This document shows, one piece after another, positions 1 to 13,900 of a stretch of 64,000 nucleotides of DNA. Both the position numbers and the translations under genes were made by a program. The DNA is from Macrostomum hystrix. Taxonomy: Eukaryota; Animalia; Platyhelminthes. The stretch's first letter is position 1; every line of letters begins with the position of its first letter. Below the pieces are notes generated by a model, which worked only from the letters and a program-made list of their open reading frames with translations, was not told the DNA's origin and ran no database searches. The DNA is taken from positions 29,078,001 to 29,142,000 of the forward strand of contig CATNEN010000038.1 in assembly GCA_950097015.1 (NCBI GenBank), in the 5' to 3' direction.

Positions 1-352
1 TTTATCGCATGCGATCATGCGGCGCGCTTTATTAATTGACTTTGGTCTATAAAAGCAAGTGGTGCTACATCCCTCTTTGGAAACCTGACCGCGTTTCATG
101 CCTTCTGAATGCTTCACGTGCATGGACAACTTTCGACTAGTCGTCCAAATAGTTCATGTCCTTCACCATGCACAGGGCTGTACCGGCTTTATTTCGGGCA
201 TTCATCTTCTTCACCTTTCTGCGCGCCAGCCGTATCATCGGACCGTTCCCTTTCTGTCTCAGTCGTTCTTCTGGACCGTGTTCCTTCCGTTCCTGTATAG
301 CTCTCTCGTCTCGTCGCTCACTGGCCCTGTGAAGACCTTCTAGCTTTGACAC
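1..352 (-). mobile_element. Possible highly degraded non-LTR retrotransposon RT fragment
   Basis: Minus-strand frames give broken motifs (SGFQRG..HHLL / FIDQ..IKARR.MIACD) reminiscent of the QxGF..DHLLIDx..ARR..MAWIDY segment of non-LTR reverse transcriptases; many stops and frameshifts. Confidence 0.25.
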
Positions 353-830
353 GTTTTGATCTCTACCTCAGTTTTTTTCCTGGATCCCTAATTATAAGAA
401 TCCCCTTGCAAAATTCCTCTTTCTTGCTGACCGATCTCCCAGATAATGTCTGGCATAGAGTCCCTTATCTTCGGCCTTGAATCTAAAGTACATTTCTAGC
501 TCTGTTCAGAGCACAAGCCCCGTTCTTAAGGGTCTGTCGGTAATTTGTGATGTTCTGCGCAGTTGGCTGCATTGGTGGGCAGCCCTGCATATCAGTTTCT
601 AATTAAAAAAACCTTGGGTCTCTTGATCGTATGACTTGTGTACAGCTATTTTCTACGTTTTGGGAAGTTGTAGCTGCAACTTTTCTCTTTAGTTCAATGT
701 TCAAGCAATATAGAAGATTTACAGCCACTTCTATACAAAAAAAGGCTGTTTTATATACAGTTCTGGTTTCTAAGAACGCTAAAGCGTAGAACTTCGTCAA
801 AGAACATAAAAAATATGGTATCCTATAGAC

Positions 831-1457
831 CAGGGGTCGGCAACCTTATATACCCCGCGGGCTAAGGAAAGAATCTTAAAGACGACAGCGGGCCGCATGA
901 AGAAAGGGGAGAGATCAGACAGGTGAGAGATGAGACAAGTGAGAGATGAGAAAGGTGAGAGATGAGACGGGGGAGATAAGACGCAAGAGAGAGATGAGAC
1001 GGGGGGGAGATAAGACGCAAGAGAGATGAGACGGGGGAGATAAGACGCAAGAGAGAGATAAGACGCATGAGACGGGGAAGATAAGACGCAAGAGAGATGA
1101 GACAGGGGGGAGACGAAAAATGGGAGAGATGAGACAGGGGAGAGATGAAAAAGGGGAGAGATGAGACAGGGGAGAGATGAGACAGGGGAGAGATAAGACA
1201 GGGGAGAGATAAGACAGGGGAGAGATAAGACAGGGGAGAGATAAGACAGGGGAGAGATAAGACAGGGGAGAGATAAGACAGGGGAGAGATAAGACAGGGG
1301 AGAAATGAGACTGGGGAGAGATAAGACAGGGGAGAGGTGAGACAGGGAGAGATGAGATAGGGTGTACTGTAGAGTAGGTGTTAGGAGGAGCTAAGGGCCA
1401 GATTTGGGAGCTTTGAGGGCCGCATCAGGCCCGCGGGCCGGAGGTTGCCGACCCCTG
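831..1457. mobile_element. Non-autonomous hAT (Charlie/SPIN-like) element
   Basis: 16-bp TIRs CAGGGGTCGGCAACCT ... AGGTTGCCGACCCCTG; perfect 8-bp TSD CTATAGAC (823-830, 1458-1465); subterminal GGGCCGC motifs. Confidence 0.92.
905..1360 (+). repeat. Purine-rich minisatellite (~17-bp unit GAGACAGGGGAGAGATA and variants) inside the hAT element
   Basis: Tandem units visible directly. Confidence 0.9.
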
Positions 1458-1961
1458 CTATAGACAATAGCATGCATTATAATACTTGTATTTAAGATTC
1501 ATGCATGTATGAGATTAGCAAATATTTTTAAGCGTAAATTAATATAAAAGTTCAGAGAAAAAATAAAATTTGCACTTACTAGAGAATGCTCAAATGCTCA
1601 AAAGTGCCAGAGCAAACTGCGTACACACCGATGGAACAAACTTTTATGCCACTAAAGGTGTCTTTAAGACACTATTTGTCTTTAAAAGCAAATAGCACGC
1701 ATTCTATTCTCACCTTCGATATGCCGCCTCAAAAAACAGGCATACGATTGACGCTGATTACATAGTCAAGTCCAATTGCCTGTTTAATGACTAGCTGAAT
1801 TTATTTACTCACGTTGACAAGGTGACGGCAGCGTGTTAGGGCAAACAATTCGCCTAGGTATATCTGCGCGAAATATGTGGAAGAAACTGGAAAATTAAAG
1901 AACATAAGTCCGCATTTCTCGAAACTTTACATGCACCTTACTTTGACCAACAAAGCGTGAC

Positions 1962-4900
1962 ATGGTTAAATCGATCAAATTTCTACTACTGTGTCTATTG
2001 GTCTATCGTCCAGATGGAATAGGTGAGATTCTGGAGCTTGGTGGACTGCCAAGCCATTTTTATACAAATAAGGGGGGGCGACTTCCCCCATCTAGAACAA
2101 AGTAAGTTATTATTTTTTGTGAAGTACATTTTTGTCCGCGCATGAATACTAACAGCGTTTGGTGGTGACTAATTGGTCGATAGACTAGGCGATGGTGTCC
2201 TGTGGTTGAGCTGGGCCTAATAATATTCAGCCTTGATCGGTGAAATTATAGAAATTCGCGTCCGGGTGTCCCTGAAGGTCCACCCGTCCGTCTAGATTAA
2301 TCACCGAAGATGGAGATGATGCAGGCACATTCGGGTGACATACTAATACATTTTGAAGGCCTGGCAAGGCCGCACTGAGGCGCAGTGCTATTTGGTGTAT
2401 ATGCGCTAACGCTTATGAGAAAAATCTCGAAAAATATGGGAGCATCTCGACGGTCTGAAGAGCTAGCGACTTGGTTCTAGTTTCAGAAGATGAGCAACAA
2501 AATTTGGCATGTGTTCTTGAGTTTTGTGTGCTTGCGTTGCTCCGTTCAGGTGCTGCACAAAAAATTGTCAGGGCGGGGGGTGGGAAACTCGATTGGTAGT
2601 TAAACTGTTAAGTCTGCTCAGAATCGAAAATATTTTCAATTTTATTTTGTGTACAGCTGGTTTCCGATTCATCTCACCAAGCTATGGCCCCGACGGAGGC
2701 AGCATTGCTAGTACCCAATCGCTAATGGAGAATGTTGCAGCACCCAATGACTTAATTACCCTGCGGACTGACGCTGTCGCTACGTGGGCTTTCGCAGCAG
2801 TTGATGCAAATTGTCCAAGCGACACCCTGCAGCTGAATCCGACAAGCGGCACCGTGGCCAGTGTTACCTTGGCGACGCTGAAAGCGCTCGATTACGAAAC
2901 TAAAACTTCATACCAGTGTTCAGTTGTGTGAGCCATCGCTAAGTTTTTATTTTAAACAGTGGAGAAACTTTAAAGTTCGAAAGTTAGAATTTAAGCCAAT
3001 ACAATTTTACTAAGCAACCGATAATAATAATATTTGCAGGAGGGCTGCGGGCAATGGCACATCATTTGAGGAAACTCGAGCCACAGTCAGCGAGGAGGCC
3101 ATTCGGCCCATTTGGCTGAGTCCTAGGAGCACACACGCACACAAATACTGTATGAAGGAATACACTCATACAGGTGTATATTTGCCCTGACTTTCTCATC
3201 GTCAGGCAGTGTTCACTTCACTGTGCCTTGGAGGTTGGCCCTAAATGGCGTAAATTGTACGACAAGCCCCTAAACCTCTCCGCGGCTGCACCCGAAATGA
3301 ATGTGGCCTCGCCACGGAATCGAGCTCAGGAACATTGGTGAGAAAGGCAAACGCTTTAACCGCTCCGCGACTCACCCCTCAGAGCAACCGATACAGCTGG
3401 AACTGGTTCAATTACGGCAACTGTCACACTAAGTGTCATCAATGTCTTCGACGTTACGCCGAGCTTCACTGGAACCGGCCGAGTCGCAGCCAGCTGCGTC
3501 GAGGAAGCCGCAGCTGGTAGCATCTGTTCCCTGTCGTCCAGTATTGCGTTCACCGACGTTGAAGTTGATTCGTCTGGCGATCGACTTACCTGCGGGGTGC
3601 AAGGCGATGGCTCGGAATACTTTACTGTGAGTAGTACCAAGCTAGCAAGAGATTCTTGGTTGTACAGGATGCAGGAACCTTGTTGGACTTAGTGGCATCA
3701 TTTCTCGCATTATAGGCAGCAGCTTCTGGCAAGTCCTGCATCCTCCAAGCTGGCTCTCGATTAGATCGGGACACAATGCGAAGCGACGCCTTTCCCAACT
3801 TGCTTGTGACTGCCACAGATCTGGGAGGAAACATCGGCACCGCTACAGTGAGCGTCAGCATTCTGGACATCAATGACAATGTTCCAGTGTGCTCAGTCAG
3901 CCGCTTCACGAAACGCATCACGGAAAACGTCGAAGCATCTGGCACGACAATAGCTAAAATCGCGCCTGTCTGTGGCGACATCGACAAAGGAGCTAATGCT
4001 ACACTGCAGTTCGAGTTTATAAGTTCATACAGCGGCTACGCAGTGGGTCTCAGCACAGGTGTTGTGGTGCTGACCGCAACGAGAGATTACGACACGCTGC
4101 CTGCAAATCCCGAAGTCTTGCTTGTTCGGGTAAGATTTTTATCATCCTTTATTGAGTAGCTAATTGAAAAATTATTTATTTGTTTTATGATGTCCTATGT
4201 ATAAGTATGCTAAGTATTTACGACTTAAAAACGAATGCGAACTACGTGTATGATACATCGAATGTCAGATATATCTCATTTATCGAGGTACCACTACTAC
4301 CATGTTGACCCATGTTGACTTCAATGGGTCTGAACATATCAAGTTGAACTGGCTGTCATAATTTTATTATTTCACAAAAAGGTACGCGACAATGCAACCA
4401 CCGGTGCTCAGAGTGTTACAGTGACCGTCCTAGTCACAGTTTTGTCTCAGAATGACAATACGCCAGCGATCACAGGTGTAACTCCAACTGGTGTGGCAAC
4501 GGTTTCCGAAAACAACACAGTAGGAACTGTTCTTTTTACCCTAACTGGCAGCGACGCAGACAAGGCTGGCGAACCTGACAGCACTCTTGTGTGGTCCATC
4601 ATATCGGCTACTAGCAATAGTAAGGAAAATTATCAATTTTAGAGCCGAGCTCCGGGAAGCATAAGCAGAATTTCAGGATCAACATAATCTGCACATTTAG
4701 CCAGTTACGCCTAAGTAAAGCTATAATCCCATCAAATATTCTTTTAGCTCATTGAAGTAACTGGTTCCCTAAATGAACTAATTCGCTCCCCACCATGTGG
4801 CCCCAAACAAATATCCTCAGGGGTGACAACGTAAGCAGACAAAAACTCTTCCTGCAACAGCAGAAAATTAATGTCCCCGAGCAACAGAGAACCAATGTCC

Positions 4901-7900
4901 TCCCAGCAGAAGAGAACCAATGTCCTCCCCGCAACGCAGAACCAATGTCCTCCCAGCAACAGAGAACCAACGTCCCCACAGCATCAGAGAACCAATGTCC
5001 TCCCAGCAGCAGAGAACCAACGTCCCCCCAGCATCAGAGAACCAATGTCCTCCCAGCAACAGAGAACCAATGTCCCCCCAGCAGCAGAGAACCAATGTCC
5101 TCCCAGCAGAAGAGAACCAATGTCCTCCCAGCAACTTAGAACCAACGTCCCCCCAGCAGTAGAGAACCAATGTCCTCCCCGCAACGCAGAACCAATGTCC
5201 TCCTAGCAACATAGAACCGATGTCCCACCAGCAATATAGAACCAATGTCCCGCCAGCAACAGAGAACCAATGTCCTCCCAGCAATAGAGGATCAATGTCC
5301 TCCCAGCAGCAAATAAGCAATGCCCCAAGCAGTATATATTCCAAAATATAATATTAAATTTCCTTCACTCCAGGCTCTACAAATGTTCTGAACTCGTTCA
5401 GTATTGACTCGACGACAGGGACACTGAAGGTTGGCACTACGCCTATGGACTATGAGGCCTGGCAATTCACTGTGGTGCTAGTGAAGTGCTCAGATTTAGG
5501 TTCACCGGCTCGATCCGTCACACGGTCGTTAACTGTTGCGCTGACTGATGTAAACGAGATGCCGCCGGTGTTTTCTCCTTCGAACTACTTCAAGACCTCG
5601 CTGGCTGAGAGTTAGTACATGAATGACGATGCATTTTAGGTGCAAAGTGCTAAAGCAAGAAAAAATATAGAGCTCTCAAGGCTCGAAACTCAATAACTGC
5701 AAGTCTTGTGCTTGTTTTTCAGACAATGCTATGAACACCACGGTTTTATCCCCATTTACGGCGACTGATCCAGATCGAAACAGTTTGCCAGTTCTTTGCG
5801 AAATCACAGGTGGAAACACCGACAGTGTATTTCGCTTTCGTCCAACTGATCGCAGCATCATCGAACTGGCAAAGACAATTGAGCCCGACGCGAGCACTTA
5901 TCACCCAACTATTTTTCTGCTGCAGGTTTGAGTATACATCGTGCCTCACGTGTGCATTCAGGGGCGTGGGAGGGGGAAAGGGAACAGGGGAAAGGGCCCC
6001 TACTAATCGGATGACCAAGGCCCTGAAATCCCCGGAAGGCTCCCTTCTGAAATCCCCGACGGCGTCCTCCCTAAATCCTCGGTGGCGCCCTCCGCAAGCC
6101 CCCAATGGCCCGCTTCCCCATTCCCCAAGGCACGCTTCCCTAATACCCGGAGGCGCCCTTCTCAAATCACCGGTGGCGACCTTCCTAAATCCTCAGTGTT
6201 GCTTCACCAAAATCCATTATGGCGCTCTTTGATAAATAATCCTGCATATTCTTCTGTTACCAATGTCGTGTTATTTCTTCAATCAAACAAACAGATAAAC
6301 TGCAAGGATAACAATGGCACGTCGCCAAACCTCGCCAGCACAGCCACTGTTGAGGTAGCTATTCGACTATCCAACGACTTCGACCCAGTTGTAACAGGTT
6401 CGTGCACCTGCTCAGCAACTGCCAGGTTGTCAGAGTCAGCCACAACGCCTGGAACAACTGTGGGAAATATCGGCGTCACTGACAATGACGTGGGAGTGGA
6501 CGGCGTTGTCGACTGCAGCATAAAATGTAAGCGCGGAGACCTCGTGTCTTCTTTTAACTTTAATTTTTATTTGGTAGTTTTCGTTGCGTAGAATTGGTTT
6601 TTGGACGGGGTGAGTTAATGCGAGTGCCTCTCACGCAAATGTTCCTCAGCCCGATTTGCTTTTGGGCTCGCAGCCGCAGAGAGAAGGCTCGTGACTTGTA
6701 GTCCAATCAGTAGTGCACAGCAGAGTATGCTTGCCTGACAAAAAATCGGATACAGTACAGCCAGATAAAGTAGAATCCAGTGTGAGCGTGTGACGGCTTA
6801 TATCGTCAGTCAGTGTGCGTGCATATTTACGATACAGCGGAATGTACAGTATTACCCATCGCGGGCTCCAGGCTTACTATCACAAAATTATGAGGCCGTG
6901 CCCAAAGCCTTCAATAAAATAAAAATCTTTTTTTTAATTTTATAACACTTTATGCTAATAAATTATCAATGGCATCATCATCACTGTTTATTTTTATATG
7001 CAGAGACACGTTAAAGAACTACGAGTACCTATCGCACTTAACGTATAGGAGCCTTCGTAGCTGCCTTTTATTGCAATAAGCAGCATCCAAAATATAGTCG
7101 ATTAACTGTAAGATTGAAAGACTTAGGTTAATTAGACTTCTTTCACCCCATTATAATTAAGCACCAAGCGGTCCATTCGAGGTGCAAAGCTGCTCAACTA
7201 TAATACTCACTGGGCCTTTGGATTATGAAACAGCCACCTCATACGATCTTGTTGTCATGGCAATCGATCGCGGCTCACCGAAGCGCACAGGCTCCACAAC
7301 TGTCAGCATCTACGTTGGAGACGTGGATGACAACGCGCCTTATTGCGTCAGTTACCTGTATGCCTGGTCAGTTCCAGAAAATACCGCCATCAACACTGCC
7401 ATTGGTACAGTTAATTGTAAGGATGCAGATTCTGCCGGTGTCACTTATTCGATCGTTTCAGCGAGCATACCATTCAAAGTGACTTCAACTGGTGAGCTTC
7501 AGGTTAACGGAGGTAAGCAATTTACGAGTAGTTAGCGTGGTTCTGCTGTTTCAAAGTCCTAAATTGGATGCCAACTTAGCTTAATTAGGCCCTAGAATAG
7601 AGCCCGAAGTCAATACTTGAACCAAACCGACTGAAATCAGTAGAGCTGGTCGATCAAGTCGACAAGAAACGACGAGACATACCACTCCAGTCATTCATGG
7701 TCCGATTCCAGCTTGAAGGACTACGGCCTGAACTTTGCCAGAAGGATTTTCATTTCGAATTTACTTAATGAAGCCGAGCACCTTGAGTTTAAATGTGATT
7801 TCGGCTCATAAGTAGGCAGCAATGGTCACTAGATTCACTAGATCCACAAAGTTCGGGATTTCCAAGTGCTGATGAAAGCGAGCTTCAAGAGCTGACTGTT

Positions 7901-10900
7901 GATCCTTACCACGTTTTCAAATACTTGAGATTCATAAAAATGTAAGGGTCCAGAAGGTTGTCAGCAATTTTGCTGGAGACTCGTAACGTGATTTCGAGTC
8001 GCTCACAGCCGAGCTAACTGGTCGAAAACCTAGCTGTGCCAAAAATCCCCAATTTATTCCATTTATCCTCCACGGTATAATGGTAAGGACTGGGGTGAGA
8101 TGCCTTGGCGTTTCTTGTCGATTGAATCGACCACTTACTGATTTTAGTCGGTTTGGTTCAAGGATTAACCTCGGACTCCATTCTAGGGATCTCCTTAAGT
8201 GCCTACACTTCAGAGACTAATTAGGCTCGAACATATACTTAGTCCATGCCATGTCTTCTCGTTCCACTTGTTTTAGCAATCGACTACGAGACTATCACAT
8301 CCTATGAGTTCACTGTGCGAACCACCGACCGAGGCACCTTCGGACGCACCGCCGACGCGGTGGTACGAATAGCCGTGACGCCAGTCAACGAGATGACGCC
8401 CACATTCGCCAACACATCAATTTCTGTTCCTGAGAACACGGCTGTCGGATCAAAGTTAACAAGCTTTTCAGCGACTGACACAGATACGGGTGGACATGGA
8501 ATACAATCATACAGCATCAAATCGGGTACTTAATGCTTTCTGTTAATGATTCCAGTTGTCATGGCGGTTTAGTATCTGATTCAGACTCTCGCACTATTTT
8601 TATAACTCAGTGTCCAACGGCGGAGACGGAATTTTCGGTGTAGACGGTTCGGGTGGTATTTTGCTGCTTCGACAGCTCGACTACGAAGCGATAGCGGCCA
8701 CACCGAAACAGTTCGTGCTCACCGTTCTAGCTGTTGACGGCGGCGCACTTACTGTAAGTAGTATAGTTTAACTTTTTAGCTTATTTTTTTACTTTACATG
8801 GGGCACTTATATCCGGCCATATTCAGCCTTTGTATCATTCGTTTATATATTTAGGGAGCTGGACAGTTCATTGTCGTGGTGACAGACGTGAATGACAATA
8901 GTCCTATCTGTACTAGCAGTGTGTTTAAGTAAGTTTTTATTGGCTTCTACTGTTGTTATTGTAAGGCCCATTTTAATTGATCTGCTTGATTTTCTTTAGT
9001 ATTGATCTATCGGAGTTGGCAGCTACCAACACTGTGACAACGGGGACCCAACCATCGGCTACTGATGCGGACAGCAGTGCTTTGTACGGAAAAATTAGAT
9101 ATTTAATCAGTGAGTAAAAAATGGCCAAAAAAAGGAATAAATCTCTTGCTATTTTATTTGGTTTTTTTCGAATAATTTTGGTTTTTGCAGCCAGCCAGTG
9201 GCAATTCCAACCGAAACTGCAGCCCTTATTTTATTAACGAAGACGCTTAATTAAACTTGTTTTCGCAGGCGCTGGCAACACGGGCAGTTATTTGCAAATC
9301 GATTCTGCCACCGGGTCGATATCACGCAGTTCAACGCCCGGTTTGGACTACGAAAGCTTAACTCCACCAGGCACATACTACAATCTCACGATCCTGGCCG
9401 TCGACGCAGATGGTGCCGGACCAAACACGGCGACCTGCTACGCCAAGGTGAACATACTCGACGCTGAAGAAGGCGCGCCAGCGTTCAGTCCAACCGTAGC
9501 CGCGGCTAGCGCAGTGCTAGAATCCGCACCGGTGGGAACCCTGGTCTATACACCCACGATCAGCCACGTCGACAAGTGGGATCCTCCGGTGCTGAGTTTG
9601 AGTCCCGTCAATCCGAGTTTCGCTATCGATCCCGCTACAGGAAAAGTCTACTTAGCTGGTCAGTTAATTAAATCAAAGGTACTAAACTTTAAATTTTTTA
9701 ACGGCTGTTTTTTTACCACCTACACAAAAACACAAACTTTGCAGCTAGCCTAGACTACGAAACGGCTTCAAGTCACGTCCTGACTCTGGTTGCCACTGAT
9801 AAAAACTCTCGAATAGGAAGCATGATTTTAACTGTTCCAGTCACCAATGTGAACGAGTTCATTCCCAGCTGCTCAGTTCCTGGCTCTACAACCACCGTGC
9901 TTCTAGACGAGAACGATCAGACATCTCCATCGTTTCCTAAAAATGTATTGAATTTCGTCTGCTCAGATGCGGATGCGGGAACCTCGTTGAAGCTGAGTGT
10001 TAGCAAGGTACGCACCCTACGAATTAGAGTGTTTAAAGTCGAGGATTTAGTGATTTTCGAATTTTGGTCTGTAAGTACTCACTAAAGGTCGACTATATGG
10101 CCTTTTAGCTAGTAATTTTATCTTTAGAAACTATAGGCCACATGGGGAAATCGTTATTTCAGAGCAACTACAACTTTGCTCCTGACACCTAATTAGCGAC
10201 ACTCGAAAATTAGAACGGACATTAACTCATATCGCTTATTTTGTTACAATGTGTCAAAAAATCTGTTTTTGCTCTCTTCACAATTTTCGTTGAATTTTCG
10301 CAGAATTTTTGGCCAACTTTGCTCACACACAGATAAAAAGAAAATATAGTCGAGTTGGGCCTGATGTACAGGCTGTGAGCAGCTTTTCAGTCAATAGGCG
10401 AGATCACCACATTCACCCAAATATCTACCTGATCTAATGCTGGAATTACAAGAGAATGAAGTATTGTTCAATAACACAAGTTTGAGTAGCTTACTTTGGG
10501 CTGATGTTGGGGGTCATTATTATTTGTTAATAAACCTCGCTCCTAACGACACACAAAGGTGGACGGCGCGGTTGCTGGCACTCCCTACGAGTTCCTCGGC
10601 AGAACACTGCGTACCAACGCAGCAATCAACTATGAAAGCTATTCGCTGCGATACTACAATGTTTTGGAGGTCACCATCTCAGACCAGGGTCCTGGAGCGG
10701 CTAACATTCTCACCGTAACACTCACAGTCTCAGTCAATCCCGTGAATGAGTTTTCTCCCGTGTTTACCACATCTAGTCTGTCTACGACTGTTGCTGAGAA
10801 CCTGCTAGTTGGTGCTCAGGTTGGACAGGCGAGTTAAGCGACTTTTATGAGTTAATTAAAATAAAAGGAATACCCTTTATCGATTATTTTCTGTCATGTT

Positions 10901-13900
10901 CTTCGAGAGCGGTGAGGGAGAGCTGGGGTGTTTTAACGATTTATCCTAAGTAAAAAACTTGTGTTTATGAACTTCGCATTTAAGCTCTTATTTATTTACT
11001 CGTAGTTCATCCAGGTGATAATTACGGCTCGTAGATAGCATTTGGACAGATCCAAGTCCTTACGCTGAGCAATAGTTGCGGCTGAGCCCCTCTATACTTA
11101 TGGCTCATCTAGGTTAGGTTCGGGGCATTTTTGAATTATTTTAGCTTTATTAATTAACTGTCTGTAAAATGAACCGTTACTTTTAACTTTTTAGTTTATT
11201 TGTAAGTTAAAGTAATAAACTCTTAGCTAAATTGTTCGTTACTTCACGAAAAGCTGTCCTCCTAAACTTCTAAATAGAAAAACGCTTGAAAATGACCACT
11301 TTTCCAAAATAGCCTAAATTTCAGAAAAATCTGAATTTGTGCCAGGAAAACTTTTTAACAACATTTTGCCTACCACTGTTTAGGTACCGAATATATACTT
11401 TTTCTAGCTCTTAGCCTAATCGTTTTATACAGTATTGTCATCCTAAATATTTCAAGGTTCTTGCCCCAGACAGTGATACTGGTCTGAATCACGGTACAGT
11501 TCGCTTCACCATGCTAGCAGGAAATGACAAAGGCTACTTCCTGCTCAATGAAGTCACTGGCAGCTTGCGTTCTGTCCGAGCTCTGGATCGCGAGGACTCG
11601 GCAAGCTACCCCCTCACCGTGAGAGCTACAGACGGTCCTGGACTAAGCGTCACAGCAACTATGACTGTGTCACTGACAGATGTTAATGACAATGGGCCGA
11701 TGTTCTCTCAGGCCACCTACTCTGTTTCTGTGGTGGAGACGGCTAGCGATGGAGCGGCTGTGTTTTCGTTTGCAGGTGTGCTTTACGATCAAAATGGATT
11801 CGTGGGTTGGTAGGGGTGTCAGGGGAAATCATTGGGGTGTCAGGGAATCGCTGGGGTGTCAGGAGCAATGACTTGCGTGTCAGGGGGAATAACTACAGTG
11901 ACCGTGGAATGACTGGGATGTTAAGGGAATCACTGACGTGGCAGGGAATAACTGGGATGTCAGGTAAATCGCTGAGGTGTCAGAGGAATAACTGGGATGC
12001 AGGGGAATAACTGGAATGTCAAGGGGAATAACTGGATGTCAGGTAAATCACTGAGGTGTCAGAGGAAAACTTGGGGTGTCAGGGGAATAACTGGGGCGTC
12101 AGGGAAATAACGGGGGTGTCAAGATGGATGATTATGATGTCAGGGTAATGATTGGACTGTCAGTGTGATGACTGGCATGTCAAGTGAATGACTAGAATTG
12201 CAGATACAGAACTGGTCATTGGAATGACAGCTCTTATTTACTTTTATTCATGCCTAGGTCTTGTCACCGATGCTGATGCAACGTCGCCAAACAATGCAGT
12301 CGGACTGTCCCTCAGCACAACTGGTGTGCCTTTTAAGCTATCGGGCTCTTCGCTTCAAGTCTCCGGCGCTAATCCATTAAAAGCAGGTGTCACGCCTCTC
12401 TATATCCTGACCGTGACGGCAACTGATGGCGGTACACCTGCGCTATCGACTGTGTGCCGAGTCTTGATCAAAGTGCTGGAAGTGAACACAGTGGCGCCAA
12501 CTTTCTATGGATCCTCGTCCATCACCGTGGCGGAAAGCGCGCCAGTTGGAACACGCCTGCTAACCGTTAACGCTACGGATTTGGATGTTAGTGAAATACG
12601 AATTTAGAAACTATTTTTAATAAGATTCTTGCATCTACCCTGTTATCCAACTGGTGCTTCAATCGATTTTTCTCTTAAGCTAAGGTCCCTGAGCTCGATT
12701 CCGCGGCGAGGCCACTTTTATTTAGGGCGCAGCCGCGGAGAGAAGGCTTGGGGGCTTTTCATGCAATTTACGCCCATGAAGGCCAACCTCGAATGCACAG
12801 TCAAGGTTTACAATGGCTAACGATTAGAAAGTCGAGATAGATTACACATTCGATGTCGACACACACATACCCACAGAAAGTGTGTGTGCTCTGAGGTCAT
12901 CGGAATGGGTAGAATTGCCTCCTCGCCGCTGGCTGCGGTCGACAATCACCCAGTAATGAACTAGTGCCCCCACATACCTCCAGAAAATATATTTATGATT
13001 GCTGCCTTCAGTCAGGAACAGGTGGTCTGGTAACTTTCTCGCTGGTGTCTGGAAATACTGGAACAGCCTTCAGCATTGGTCCCTCAAGCGGCATTTTTAC
13101 CGTTGCCAACGCATTAGACTGGGACTATGGACCGCGCCAGTACCTAGTGGGTATAGAAGCTCGAGATTCGGGCAGCCCAGTCAAGAGCTCCACTTGGACG
13201 CTAACAATCTCGCTATTGGATGTCAATGATAATGTTCCAATTTGGAATGCCTCAAATACCTATACGCGTAAGTTAAAAATTGATATTAGCTCGTATACGT
13301 AGTTCAAAAACTAGCTCCCGCAGTTTTAACTCTAGAAAGACACCGGGGTATTTAAAAAACTAACATAGTTATTTTTTCTGTATATCCTAAAATATTCAAC
13401 CTATAAACATTAAAATCCATCACGAAAATTTTCCGCTATTTCCGATGAGATAACTTTCAAAATCACAAAACATGAGTATCTTTGAGATATTCAACGGTTC
13501 TCGTCGGGGTGTTTTGTGGCAAAAACCACAAAAATTCATCATTTAACAATGTCGGCTTTGACTTTAGACAATTTTCGATTGATTAAATTATAAAAATTTA
13601 TTTTTTAAACCTATATGGATTCGCTTTAGAGGTTCATACAGTGCTATGTTAGTTGTCCTTGTCACCAGGATCTTTGACAAGAATCGCAGAATATCTAGAC
13701 GATGTTGACTCGGACAGCTTGGGAAGTGAAGTCGGCAGTTGTTATTTGAAATAGCTGGTCTTTCTACTGTTAACATTGCGAATTTTTCCCACGTTAACTT
13801 TCTTAGGAAACTTTAAACCTTTAACACAATGAGCAAAGAAAATTTCCTTCTGTTAAGTCTGGTAGACTACAAAAACGTGATTTTCAGTAAGCGTTTCTGA

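Noticed and set aside
4744-5344. Several overlapping repetitive ORFs; superficially CRISPR-like or repeat-protein-like
   Set aside because: Pure 26-bp tandem minisatellite with no unique spacers, inside a cadherin intron; open in many frames only because the unit lacks stops.
7868-7900. CTGATGA followed by a small stem (hammerhead-like)
   Set aside because: The required GAAA and helix III are absent.
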